DNA of 64,000 nt. Source: Eledone cirrhosa. Lineage: Eukaryota. The stretch lies in contig OZ024743.1 in assembly GCA_964016885.1 (NCBI GenBank), forward strand, positions 265,794,001 through 265,858,000, in the 5' to 3' direction. The notes below the pieces were generated by a model. It saw only the letters and a list, made by a program, of their open reading frames with translations, was not told the origin of the DNA and made no database searches. Positions 42,661 through 54,989 of the stretch are shown here, one piece after another. Every line of letters starts with the position of its first letter. The first letter of the stretch is position 1. The translations under genes and the position numbers were made by a program.

Positions 42661-45600
42661 CATGTTAGCTTGGTAATTTTTTGTTGGCAGACACTGATCT
42701 TGTGCTGATATAATCAGTCCTTCAGTCTCCGATTTCAGTCCAGAGGATGCCAACTAGTGATGGGTTAAAGTTTTGTCAACATCAGGATTGTTAGTTCTTT
42801 CTGGGTATTTTCCATGCAGAAGCAATTCTTGCCATTTCTTAGCCAGTTTCTGTAGCAGTTCTTTATTTGCAGTTACTTTTACCTGCTTTGCTTTTTCTGT
42901 GTTTCATTTCAGCAGTAAATAGAACTTCTGAAATATGTAGTCCATTACTGTATCTTTGTACATCGTTTGTAATGGAGTATGATCTTTTGGTGCTTTCGTG
43001 TTTCATAACGACTTTGATCATCCAATCATGTGATTCCCTTAGGTATGTAGATAATCCAATTGTTGCAGTTTTCAACGCGATATCTAACTGGATTAACCCA
43101 CGTCCTCCTTCTTTCCTAGGGAGATATATTATATCTGTATCTGCCTTAGGGTGATGCTTTCTGTGCATGGTTAAGAATTTTCAAATGTTTGTATCGAGCC
43201 GACGGAACTCTGTGCTTGACCAGTTGATGACATTGTAACTGTAGGTTACTACTGGTATGGCAAGCGTGTTTATGGTATCAATCCTATTCCTTGCATTCAA
43301 TTCCGTTCTTAAGATGGCTCTTACTCTGCGGTAATATTCCTTCCGTATCCTTTCCCTCATTGTCGAGTGCTTGATTCCGTCTCCTTCACAAACACCTAGA
43401 TATTTGTAACTTTCCTCTTGATCAAGTTCTCTCATCACATTCCCCCGATCAAGATTAATGTCTGAATTTTCAGCAGCTTTCCTCTGGTGGACGTTGCTTT
43501 GGCGCATTTATCTAGTCCAAATTCCATTTTAATATCATCACTGAACTGTTTCACAGTGGATAATAGCCCTTGCAAATGTTCAACATTGTTTGCAAAGAGT
43601 TTCAGGTCATCCATGTAGAACAAGTGATTAATGGTTTTGTCATAGACTTTATATCCATGTGTTGTTTCATTGAGCATTTTATTTAATGGTATAAGTGCGA
43701 CGCAGAATAAAAGCGGTGTTAAAGAGTCACCCTGAAAAATTCCACAATTAATATTAACTTCTCCAGCTTCCAGTGATTTTTTTTCACTATTCAAAAGGAG
43801 TGTCGTTTTCCATGTTTTCATACTGAATGATAGGAACCTCCTGACAACGGGAGATATTCTGAAAATTTCTAAACATTTTTCAATCCAACTGTGTGGCAAA
43901 CTATAGAATGCTTTTTTGTAATCAATCCAAGCAATTGATATTTTTTTGTGTCTATTATGTAAATCTTCCAGTATCATTTTGTTAACCAAAAGCTGATCTT
44001 TACAGCCATATGAGCCTCGTTTTACACCCTTTCTGCTTATTGGGAAATAAATCATTTGTTATCAGGTGATCATATGTACATTCAGTTAAGACTGATGTTA
44101 ACATTTTATACATTGTGGTCAAGCAAGTTATCGGTCTGTTATTTTTGGGATTGTTTGTCTCATCATTCTTTGGAAGTAGGAATGTAATGCCGTTAACTAG
44201 CCGTGATGGTATGTTTTCTGGCTCCTTAACCATAAAATTGTAAAGTTGGGTTAACAGCTCATGAGACTCTGTGAAGGCATTTATCAAAAAAATTGGTATT
44301 TTGTCTTTTCCTGGGGATTTCGATTTGCTGGTTTTTCTTAGAGCCAAGCGAAACTGTTCAACTGTTATGTTTTCCCATATTTGTTCCTCAAGGTGAGCTG
44401 TATCTTTCATTTGTCTGTCTATCCATGGGGCATGTATGTTATGAACTTTTTCTTCGGCCCAGATCTTTTCCCAGAATTCTTGCACTTCCTCCTTGGGTGG
44501 TATTGATTTAGCAGTTATTGTTGACTTACCAATTTTTCTGTAGAAGTTTCTTTGGTTGTTTTTGAACATATTATTGTCCTTATAGAATCTAGATCGTTTT
44601 TCAAAGCGCCTTATACGAGCAGCTTTGGCCGACACTTTTTGCTTGATTATTTCTATCAGCATGTCTATGTCACTTGTTGATTTTATACTACACTTTCTTT
44701 TCAATTTTCTAAGTTTAGTTTGTTTAACATGTTCACCTACATTATAGTTTGTTAAAATGTCTATGTCAGATCGGAGAAGGTTTATTTGGTGATTGATGAT
44801 ATCTTGCCAAGTAGGGTTCTTGTGGGAATTCCTTTGTTTTTTTCATGTTCACTCCACATAAGTGAGTGGTGACTTTAGCCGTTGCATAATAGAGATGATT
44901 TAGATCAGTAACGTTTAGTTTATTTATGATGATAATGTTTGTGAGAATTATGTTAGTTTGTGAGAATTATGTTAGTCTTATGTATGTTCTGTGTGCAGTT
45001 CTGGATCTTAGGGAGAGTGTCTCGTTCCCCCATGTCAGATTCTTTCATTTTCCTCCATTCGATCATAATTTCATTCTTCACGTTGGCAAGTTCATTCTCA
45101 TTCATTTCTTTATCATTAATGATCTCATTGTTTTCATTTTGTGTTTCATCTTGAGCATGTTCTCCCTTCACTTTTTCGATCCTTTCTTTAATGTGTTCTC
45201 CTGTCAGTGATTCCGCCCCAAACCTGGGATTCGAAGTGTTACAATTTACCTCGTTTTCACTGACACATGTTTCATTTTCCCTTCGCTGACGTTGTGCTAA
45301 TAGCTTGATCTGATCAATTTCTATATCAGTTAGTAACATTTTTCTTACAATATTTCTTCGTATATTGGCTAGTTTGTTACTGTCAATATGGCCTCTGGTT
45401 TTCGGGATGTTTGTTTTTCCAGTTGATATATGTCTGTTCTGCATTCGATCTATTTGATGGGTAGTACATGGCAGTGTAGAACGCATCAAGGACTTCTTTA
45501 TTGTCTCCCCTTGACCATTTTTCTCTCTTTTTATTTGAATTTCTTCGTGGTGAGCATTGAGGGACAACAGTAGGAGTATTCCGGTTATGGGAGGTCTCCA

Positions 45601-45900
45601 GCTCTGAATTGATGGGAAGGGTTGAACCATTAGCTGATTTTTCGACCCCAGTCTGGTTCCTCTCTGAGGGACGCGGCCCTTTTTGACCCGGGTGACGGCC
45701 GATCCGGTATGAGATTTTATCATTTGACATTGGCTTTATTTTGTTGCGTTTTACCCTTATCCGCCAAGGGGTAATCATTTCGTGTTACCACTTCTAGGAC
45801 GAGTGTCAACCAAGACCAGAGGGCTCATCCTCCTCTAGAAAGACGGCTGCCGCCATCCGCCATCCTGGTATTTCTTGGTCACGGGGTTTTCTTTTTTGTA
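42661..45900 (-). mobile_element. R4/Dong-clade non-LTR retrotransposon, 5' end present, 3' endonuclease part missing
   Basis: SPGKDKI, RPITCL, GCKDQLL, WIDYKKAF, GIFQGDSL, FYMDDLKLF, YKYLG, YLPRKEGGRGL, LKSETEGLIISAQDQ. The 5' end abuts (TAA)n. Confidence 0.9.
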
Positions 45901-45942
45901 TTTTTTATTATCATTATTATTATTATTATTATTATTATTGTT

Positions 45943-46138
45943 CTTTGAGTCTCAGTCATTGATGTTAGATAACTAGAAAGTTTGTTGAAATGAATATCAA
46001 GCCACTACCTGCAGCCTCAGATATTCAGGACGTATCGGAGGGTTCTTGCTGTTCCCAGTAAGCATGCCTTTTGAAGCGTTCCAAAAAGCGTGAAGGGGCC
46101 AATTTTCTTTAACCATCCCTGGAACTTTTTCAGATAGT
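45943..46138 (-). mobile_element. 5'-truncated R4/Dong 3' end (copy A)
   Basis: Same 3' end and LQKACLLGTARTLRYVL as 46183-46927, flanked by (TAA)n. Confidence 0.9.
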
Positions 46139-46182
46139 ATCTAATTATTATTATTATTATTATTATTATTGTTGTTGTTATT

Positions 46183-46927
46183 CCTTGAATCTCAGTCATT
46201 GATGTTGGTTAACTGGAAAGTCCGTTGGATTGAATATCAAGCCACTACCTGCAGCCTCAGATATTCAGGACGTATCGGAGGGTTCTTGCTGTTCCAAGCA
46301 AGCATGCCTTTTGAAGCGTTCCAAAAAGCGTGAAGGGGCCGATTTTCTTTAACCATCCCTGGAGACTTTTGGAGATAGTCCCCAGTGCGCCTATGACAAT
46401 CGGGATCACTTTGACTTCATGGCAGTTCCAAATCCTTTTCACCTCCCACTTTAGGTCCTGGTATCGGTTAATTTTCTCCCTCTCCTTCTCTTGCACTCTC
46501 GTGTCGAACGGGCAGGCCACATCCACAATCAGACACGATCTTTTTTCTTTGTCCACAACCACCAGGTCAGGTCTATTGTGTTCCAGTTTTTTGTCCGTCT
46601 GTATCCTAAAATCCCACAGCACCTTCACCTGATTGTTCTCCATCACCGCCTCTGGCCTATGCTCATACCATTTCTCAGAATGTGGTAAATTGTTTACTTT
46701 GCACAGGTGCCAGTGGATCACCCTGCCCATCACATCGTGTCTCCAGCCCTTATAGTGGGTCTGGGCTAGGTGTTTACACTCGGACACAATGTGAGCCACA
46801 GTCTCCTCTCTCTCTCCACAGATCCTGCACAGTGGGCTAGCCTCCTCCTTGTAAATATGGTGCTTCAACCACTTCGTTTTGAGGGCATGCTCCTGCGCAG
46901 CCATTAGCATTCCTTCTGTAGCCTTTT
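46183..46927 (-). mobile_element. 5'-truncated R4/Dong 3' end (copy B): CCHC finger plus restriction-like endonuclease
   Basis: ORF 46257-46910 has CRICGEREETVAHIVSEC, RHD, LWDF, NRPDLVV, DVACP, KINRYQDL, PIVIGALG. Confidence 0.93.
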
Positions 46928-46961
46928 TATTATTATTATTATTATTATTGTTATTGTTATT

Positions 46962-47176
46962 CCTGAATCTCAGTCATTGATGTTGGTTAACTGGAAAGTC
47001 CGTTGGATTGAATATCAAGCCACTACCTGCAGCCTCAGATATTCAGGACGTATCGGAGGGTTCTTGCCGTTCCAAGCAAGCATGCCTTTTGAAGCGTTCC
47101 AAAAAGCGTGAAGGGGCCGATTTTCTTTAACCATCCCTGGAAACCTTTGGAGATAGTCCCCAGTGCGCCTATGACA

Positions 47177-47178
<2 letters not shown>
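46962..47178 (-). mobile_element. 5'-truncated R4/Dong 3' end (copy C)
   Basis: Near-identical to 46183-46399, flanked by (TAA)n. Confidence 0.9.
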
Positions 47179-47234
<56 letters not shown>

Positions 47235-47637
47235 TACATTCAAAGTAAAGTATGTCATGAAAGAAAAGAAACAGACATATATCGTGTCTCTAAAAACAGC
47301 TCAAAATAGAATTCAGAGATTAACATCGAGCCTTCAGCATTATAAGAATGTTAATGCAATATATTCATACACACTTAAGTGTAATATTATATCAAAGCTT
47401 CAAAACTAGAGACATTCTGCACTAGATGTAAGATTACATAATTCATTGAGTATCTTATTAACATTAATAAAAAATTAAAACAAAATATCTGATAATGTTC
47501 AATATATTTCACTCATTTGTATTCTCCATAAAATCAGATTAAATTTCACCAAATAACGGCGAAATCTAGTTTTTAAGTTTTGATAAATCTTAATGCACGC
47601 TTAAGTGTGTATGAATATATTTCATTATATATATATA

Positions 47638-47670
<33 letters not shown>

Positions 47671-47676
<6 letters not shown>

Positions 47677-47866
47677 TTACACTTTTACCTGTCCATCCAT
47701 CCGGCCGGGGCCATGCTAGGGCAACGCCCTTATACATATATATATATATATATATATATAAGGGCGTTGCCCCAGCATGGCCCCAGCCGGATGGCTGGAC
47801 AGGTAAAAAAGTAAAAGAATATATGTATATATATTATTTTACTCTTTTACCTGTTCCAGCCATCCA
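47671..47866. repeat. Inverted triplication of a ~60-bp repeat tail around (TA)n
   Basis: ttttacctgtccatccatccggccggggccatgctagggcaacgccctta-(TA)n-taagggcgttgccccagcatggccccagccggatggctggacaggtaaaa, then a third partial copy. Confidence 0.9.
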
Positions 47867-48179
47867 CGCATATATATATATACATGTGTGTGTGCGTGTG
47901 TGTATGTTCGTGTGTGTGTGCGTGCGAACATGTATATATATCCAAATATAAGCACATAAAAACATGAATGCATGTATATGTATATATATGTATGTATATA
48001 TATGTGTATATGTATAGATATGTATAAATGATTGTTCAGTTGAATAGGAAGTTAATTACATGTCCAAACTTTGCTAGTGCTCCGAGGAATCCAAAGGAAA
48101 GATTGGAAGAAACGATTGTCAGCAATAAAATTATGTGAACATAGTTTTGATTATTGTGTAAATTATATTTATATATATG

Positions 48180-48221
<42 letters not shown>

Positions 48222-48352
48222 CGAGCTGGTCACAGACGTCTGAAGTCGTTCATCAGAAAGATCCTCTCTGATGAACGATTTCAGACGGCTGTTCCGAGCT
48301 CGACCGTCTCTGTGAAACCTTTGGTAAATGGAATAATTATCTTATGTTGTTT
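48222..48352 (+). repeat. Fold-back palindrome plus hammerhead-bearing pLTR end related to 23121-23200
   Basis: Arms 48222-48302. CTGATGA...GAAA-cc-ttt-gg-TA followed by aatggaataatt..cttatgttgttta, as at 23172-23201. Confidence 0.7.
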
Positions 48353-48411
48353 ATTACATGCACACACACTCACACACACACACACATACACACACACACA
48401 CACACATACAT

Positions 48412-48569
<158 letters not shown>

Positions 48570-48616
48570 TTTTGTATATATGAATATATATATGAGTACA
48601 TATGTTTGTGTACATA

Positions 48617-48683
<67 letters not shown>

Positions 48684-48828
48684 TTATGTATATATGAATA
48701 TATATATGAGTACATATGTTTGTGTACATATATATGTGTATATATACATCCGTAGGCTAAAACTATCCATAATAATAAGTACTCACAACCTATAACTTGA
48801 TTACCTCTAACGATATTTTGTTATCCCG

Positions 48829-48973
<145 letters not shown>

Positions 48974-48989
48974 GCACATATATATATAT

Positions 48990-51238
48990 AACACCTTGAT
49001 GATGACAACCTCTACTCCAAGGTCACGGGAAGCACTCCCGCGCAGATAGAAGAGTACATCAACGCCGCCTGGACCAACATTTGCAACCGGCGGAAGCTCC
49101 CGAAGAAGCTGAGATACAACCTCCTCACGAGGAACAGCAGACTACCCGCCCTCTACCACCTCGTGAAAACACACAATCAGGGACCCGACCTGAAGATCAG
49201 GCCCATCGTATCGAGCGTGGAGGGACCACTCTACAAAATGTCATGGCTCCTAGCCAGAATACTCAAATCCATCTTAGACACCTTGCCGGGACACGTTAAC
49301 AGCTCCGAGGAGGTGTTGAAGCGCCTGCATCAAATGGATCCCGACACCAGAAGGAATAACAGATATGCAGATATTCAGCCTTGATGTAGTCGCTCTCTAC
49401 ACCTCGGTCCCGGCACTCCCGGCCGTCAATATACTGATGGAACGCGTCCAATCCACCGACCTACACTGCTTCGGACTCACCACCATTGACATCCACCAAC
49501 TCCTATCCATCGTCGTCGACAACACCTACTTCGGATTCCTTGACCAAACATACCAACAAACCTCGGGATTGCCCATGGGATCAAGCTTATCAGGTGTGCT
49601 AGCGATCTCTTACATGGACAACACCGAACGCAAGGCACTCAACGCCTGTCACTCCAACGCCGTAGCCTTTTTCTCAAGGTACGTGGACGATATCCTCATC
49701 CTCACATATTCCCAAGACACGGCGAACAGAATCTATGAGACGTTCAACAACACGGACGAGAACATTGACTTCAGTGTTGAACACCCCAACGAAGACGGGT
49801 CACTTGCCCTCCTCGACTTCCGAATCGACATCACGGAACAGGAAAGGATCCACTGCAACTTCTACCGAAAGGCAGCCTGCAGGGACATGTTCGTTCACTA
49901 CAAGTTCACCCTCCCTAACATTTCCAAAAGAGGATACATCACGAACGAGATCGCGCGAATCAAAAACAGATGCAGCGATCCCGCGAGTGGTGTCACTCAT
50001 ACCAAGCGATTCCTCGAGGTGCTGGAGACGAACGGGTACCCTACCTCGATCACAGACAGAATAGGAGACACCAGACGCAAGAGACAGAGAGGCACCCAAG
50101 GCAAGTGCTTCCTTAAAATGCCACAACTGGGCGAGAATACCCCCAACGCTATCCGCAAGGCTATACGGAGGGAGGGCCTCGACATCCACCAGGCCCACTC
50201 GGGCTCCTCCCTGCGAAGATGCCTCTCCAGGAAACCCGAGAAATCTACTGACGCATGCTCCCTCAGAGACTGCCCGATACGCCATGCGAACTGTTGCCTA
50301 CGCACATACGTCGTGTATGAGATAGAATGTGACAGGTGCAACCAATACTACATAGGTAGCACAATCCGACCTTTGCACATCCGGATCAAGGAACACACTA
50401 AAACCAGGGCCGCGTCTTTCCGGAAACAGATAGACAAATCCGGAAACAATGACGGAAGGCCCATTGTCACAATTCTAGCGACTGAAAAAAACCTCCGCAC
50501 GTTACGTATCAAGGAAGCGCTTTTTATCAAAGGCCTGCAACCGAAAATAAACAACCGATCAGAGAGAAGCGAAATGAGATGGCTGGTTTAAGTTAACAAA
50601 CGATGCAGCAACACACAACACACGCACACACACACACAAACGAGACAACTACACACACACACGCACACACACACAGTAGCATTCCACCATACGAACATAC
50701 TACACTGCCAATACAGAGGAACAAGGCAACAACACACGCACACACACACACACTCAAGCGAGACAACAACACACGCACACACACACAGTAACATTTAAGA
50801 AACAGGCAGAGAATGGACTGACAGCTAAGGCCATCCCACTCCCTCATTCGGCCGCTGACCTCTGCCCGACCGACCCCATTTCACAGCGCATGCGCACTCT
50901 GCCGAATACCTCAGATATTCAAAACAACAAACAGCGGAGGACGCGTTTCGCATCTGTCCTACAGACAACATTTTCCCCCACCCCGGAAAAAAACCCCAGT
51001 TGATGGATGTGAATCCGAAATATATAGGGACTATAAAATCTCTCCCAAGGTAACTCTCTCTTGTGTTGTTATTTTTATTTTATCCTTTAAACTCTTCCCT
51101 TCATCCTACACATCTTACACATCTTATACACACCACGCATCTCAACGTACACCCACTTACATCTCTCTCTCCACCACCGGATCTTGTTACCCGGAGATTT
51201 ACCCATTTGCATTGTCGAGGCTTCCAAATGATTTAAAT
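48990..51238 (+). mobile_element. Penelope-like element 2 (RT, GIY-YIG, pLTR), flanked by (TA)n
   Basis: YHLVKTH, IRPIVS, SLDVVALYTSVP, GLPMGSSLS, RYVDD, FYRK, VVYEIECDRCNQYYIGST.R.L..RIKEH, IKEALFI...QPKIN. Frameshift near 49370. Decayed HHR near 51000-51030. Confidence 0.93.
49365..50591 (+). CDS. PLE reverse transcriptase / GIY-YIG endonuclease, open 408-aa segment of a truncated ORF
   Basis: Motifs as listed for PLE 2. Probably non-functional because of the upstream truncation and frameshift. Confidence 0.75.
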   Translation: MQIFSLDVVALYTSVPALPAVNILMERVQSTDLHCFGLTTIDIHQLLSIVVDNTYFGFLDQTYQQTSGLPMGSSLSGVLAISYMDNTERKALNACHSNAVAFFSRYVDDILILTYSQDTANRIYETFNNTDENIDFSVEHPNEDGSLALLDFRIDITEQERIHCNFYRKAACRDMFVHYKFTLPNISKRGYITNEIARIKNRCSDPASGVTHTKRFLEVLETNGYPTSITDRIGDTRRKRQRGTQGKCFLKMPQLGENTPNAIRKAIRREGLDIHQAHSGSSLRRCLSRKPEKSTDACSLRDCPIRHANCCLRTYVVYEIECDRCNQYYIGSTIRPLHIRIKEHTKTRAASFRKQIDKSGNNDGRPIVTILATEKNLRTLRIKEALFIKGLQPKINNRSERSEMRWLV

Positions 51239-51239
51239 A

Positions 51240-51287
<48 letters not shown>

Positions 51288-51294
51288 TTTTTTT

Positions 51295-51445
51295 ACCGCT
51301 GGTCAGTCAATGGCAACATGGAGGACCGAACAAATTAGATTACCGATATAAAAGACACAAGCGAAAAGCGAAAACCAACCAAACAGTGAGTGTGTTCAGT
51401 TATTAATTCTGGCACTATTACACAAATATGACCCTCCCCAAATAT

Positions 51446-51487
<42 letters not shown>

Positions 51488-51770
51488 ATACTTGGGGAGG
51501 GTCATATTTGTGTAATAGTGCCAGAATTAATAACAGAACACACTCACTGTTTGGTTGGTTTTCGCTTTTCGCTTCTGTGTCTTTTATATCGGTAATCTAA
51601 TTTGTTCAGTCCTCCATGTTGCCATTGACTGACCAGCGGTCAAAAATAATACAGATACAATATAGACACAAATACATATATATAGTTTATCAAAGTTCTT
51701 TCGTTGCACATCTGCAACATCGTCAGTGGTGCTATTGTTTCCTCCCGTTATATTGTATTTTCTACGCCAT
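51295..51770. mobile_element. Family C pLTR-like repeat with a tail-to-tail inverted partial copy around (TA)n
   Basis: 51295-51450 is the reverse complement of 51482-51640. Confidence 0.9.
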
Positions 51771-52007
51771 CTTTAACAATATATATATATATATAATATA
51801 TCATTATAAATATATTTTAACGGCTTGCTTCTCTTTCATCCATTTCTTTGATTATAAATCCTCTGCTTAGATTCGCACACTAAATATTAACTCTTCTAAT
51901 AGTTAACACTGTTTGCACAAGCCTCGAATACACCTGCTCATGGGTATTAATTATTTCTATCGTCTCTTTCTATAACTCTTCTTCTCTCTCACTGTACTGT
52001 AACATTT

Positions 52008-52047
<40 letters not shown>

Positions 52048-52050
<3 letters not shown>

Positions 52051-52385
52051 TATGTATACGTACATACATATATGGATACAGACGTACAGTAGTATTTATA
52101 TATATACATCCATGCACACATATATATATTTACGTATGGATCTACCGAACATTTAATATAATGCCCGGTTTGTTTGTAAACAAACATCCTCAATTAAGCC
52201 GTACAGTGTTGAGCAACCATCGTTGCCCTTTTGTTCAACACTGACAAAGGAACGATGTACTAGTTTTAAGCTTATTAGCGATCGTCAGCACCGTATACCT
52301 TCCTGCCAGATGATTGAACGTCTGAAAGTATATAATTTCCTTATGCATATTAACGGCTGAGCAGCCCAATTTGCATATCGAGTGA
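52048..52385 (-). repeat. Dispersed ~340-bp repeat (family D) with a decayed hammerhead; second copy at 63504-63885
   Basis: Shared ggtttgtttgtaaa, gccgtacagtgtt, aatttgcatatcgagtg. Minus strand reads cggtg-CTGACGA...aaaa-ctagta-catcg here and CTGATGA...GAAACTAGTT at 63752-63792. Confidence 0.7.
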
Positions 52386-52446
52386 ATTATATATATATAT
52401 ATATATATATATACTTACATATGTGTATGTGCACGTACATACACAC

Positions 52447-52492
<46 letters not shown>

Positions 52493-53048
52493 GGTAAGTT
52501 ACTCCGGGTTGAATCTGAGGAAACCACAGTAATAAGGTACTCAATACTTAGCAGAGTATAAAAGTTTTAATATAGATGAGATTCTACAGGACTAGAACTG
52601 TTTCATTCTTTAGAAATCAAAAAAATAAATGCTGTGGTATTTATATCTTTTCAGGTGGTTGGAGAGGGTGGAGAGTGGGGTGGGTGGAGGTCATTCGTTG
52701 AAAGAAAAGTAAATTCATTAAAAGCTAATTCTTTAAGGCTATAATTTATATTTAGAGTGACAAAGGCAGAAAGAATTCTATAGACAAGTTCAGAATGGGG
52801 TGTCAGTCCTTATTTTTAAGTTTCTCTTAAGCTAACACTGCCTATATTTCAGGTGTCTATAAGATGGTTGGCGGTCGGTCATGTTTGATGGATTTAAAGA
52901 AAAGGGAAATTCTTTAATAGCTATTTCTTTAAAGCTCTACTTAGAGTGACAAAGGCCAAGAGAATTCTATAAACTAGTTCAAATTATCGGGTGCCTATCA
53001 TATCATTATTGTCATATTTCTCTTAAGCTATATTCCAGGTCTCAACAG

Positions 53049-53100
<52 letters not shown>

Positions 53101-53115
53101 ACACACACACACTCT

Positions 53116-53156
<41 letters not shown>

Positions 53157-53263
53157 GTATACATATATATATATACATATATACATATATATATACATAC
53201 ACATATACATACGTATATATACACATACATATATCTATACATATATATACACACACACAAACG

Positions 53264-53295
<32 letters not shown>

Positions 53296-53297
53296 TA

Positions 53298-54096
53298 TAA
53301 AAACAAATAACGAAACGAAATTAAATTTCGTTTCGTTTGTAACTCACTTTTGTATGACTGACGCTTAAACAATTAAGTTAAAAATGTACATCCACATATG
53401 TATACTGAAATACTAGTATGCATATGAATACACACACGTATACATATGTAGATGTACCAAGTCTTTCACTGGTCACTTTACTGTGAGTATCCAGCTATTC
53501 TGTATGTAAACACACAGACAAACCAGTTTTTAGAGTCATACTGGTTTTTGAGGAAACACCTTTCCTCTATTCCCCAGAAAGCCAGACAAGGAATATTGAA
53601 CTAGTTTCGTTGTACATTTTTAACTTAATTGTTTAAGCGTCAGTCATACAAAAGTGAGTTACAAATGAAACGAAATTTAATTTCGTTTCGTTATTTGTTT
53701 TTATCGTCTCCGTTGAACCGGTACGTACTCACACTCTATGCAAATTAGTCTGCCCACTACTAATTTTCATAGAAAAAGCATATAACGATATGTGCTTTTA
53801 CGATTCTCCAGAAAGGCCGGTAGATAGGTAAATATTGCTGATGAGTTGTAACAACAACGAAACTAGTTCAATATTCCTTGTCTGGCTTTCTGGAGAATAG
53901 AGGAAAGGTGTTTCCTCAAAAAGCAGTATGACTCTAAAAACCGGTTTGTCTGTGTGTTTACATACAGAATAGCTGGATACTCACAGTAAAGTGACCAGTG
54001 AAAGACTTGGTACATCTACATATGTATACGTGTGTGTATTCATATGCATACTAGTATTTCAGTATACATATGTGGATGTACATTTTTAACTTAATT
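53298..54096. mobile_element. Non-coding hammerhead-containing element in inverted plus partial-tandem arrangement (retrozyme/pLTR-like)
   Basis: The unit 53611-54077 is bounded by the repeat tgtacatttttaacttaatt. The left arm 53298-53612 is the reverse complement of the unit end joined to the unit start. Confidence 0.8.
53831..53875 (+). ncRNA. Type I minimal hammerhead ribozyme
   Basis: aatattg-CTGATGA-gttgt-aaca-acaac-GAAA-ctag-tt-caatatt. Stems I and II are perfect; stem III is the palindrome AACTAGTT. Confidence 0.88.
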
Positions 54097-54313
54097 ATAT
54101 TCATATTGTTTTTCACCTAATGCAGGCCCTAGGAGATAAAAAAAGTTGAAACGTTTTATGTGCATATCACTCTATGAAACATAAGTAATACACATGTAAA
54201 GATTGAAAAAATCGTTTGAATACTTCTTGAGTTTTAGGGATTCAAACTCACACTCACACACACACACACACACCACACAACCACACACACGCACCCACAC
54301 AAAAACACACACA

Positions 54314-54421
<108 letters not shown>

Positions 54422-54534
54422 CAAGGAAGTAACGTAATGCAGAGAGTCAGACATACAGACAGATATTATAAGGACTTGACGTTATAAATATGTATCTATC
54501 TAAAGAGAGAAAGACTGAGAATTATAGAGTGAGA

Positions 54535-54750
54535 TAGCTATATTTTCTAATGTTCTTCCCTGGGGCATAGAAAATTTGACATTTGAAATCCCTGAAGCAT
54601 AAGTATTACATGTGTAAAGTTTGAAAACAGTCGCTTTGTTGGTTCTCGAGTTTTAGTGATTCGAACTCACACACACACACACAGACATCCTCAGTTTTAT
54701 ATATATAGACTAGCAGAAAACCGCCTACCGTGTGGTTGGTTTTCTGCTAG
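54535..54750 (-). mobile_element. Non-autonomous Helitron-like termini
   Basis: Minus strand reads hairpin..ggttttctgCTAG directly joined to TCTATATATATAAAACTGAGG, typical 3' and 5' Helitron ends. Confidence 0.55.
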
Positions 54751-54989
54751 TATATATATATATTACACACACCGAAATGTATATATATTTCTGTGTGTGT
54801 ATATATATATATTACACACACAGACATGTATATATATTTCTGTGTGTATATATATATTACACAATACAGAAATGTATATATATTTCTGTGTGTATATATA
54901 TATATATTTCTGTGTGTGTATATATATATATATATTACACACACACAGAAATGTATATATCTTTCTGTAGCACTCCTCAATTCCCCCCT

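Noticed and set aside
45900-47236. CRISPR-like repeat-spacer appearance
   Set aside because: The repeats are LINE 3' ends separated by microsatellite in eukaryotic DNA, with no cas genes.
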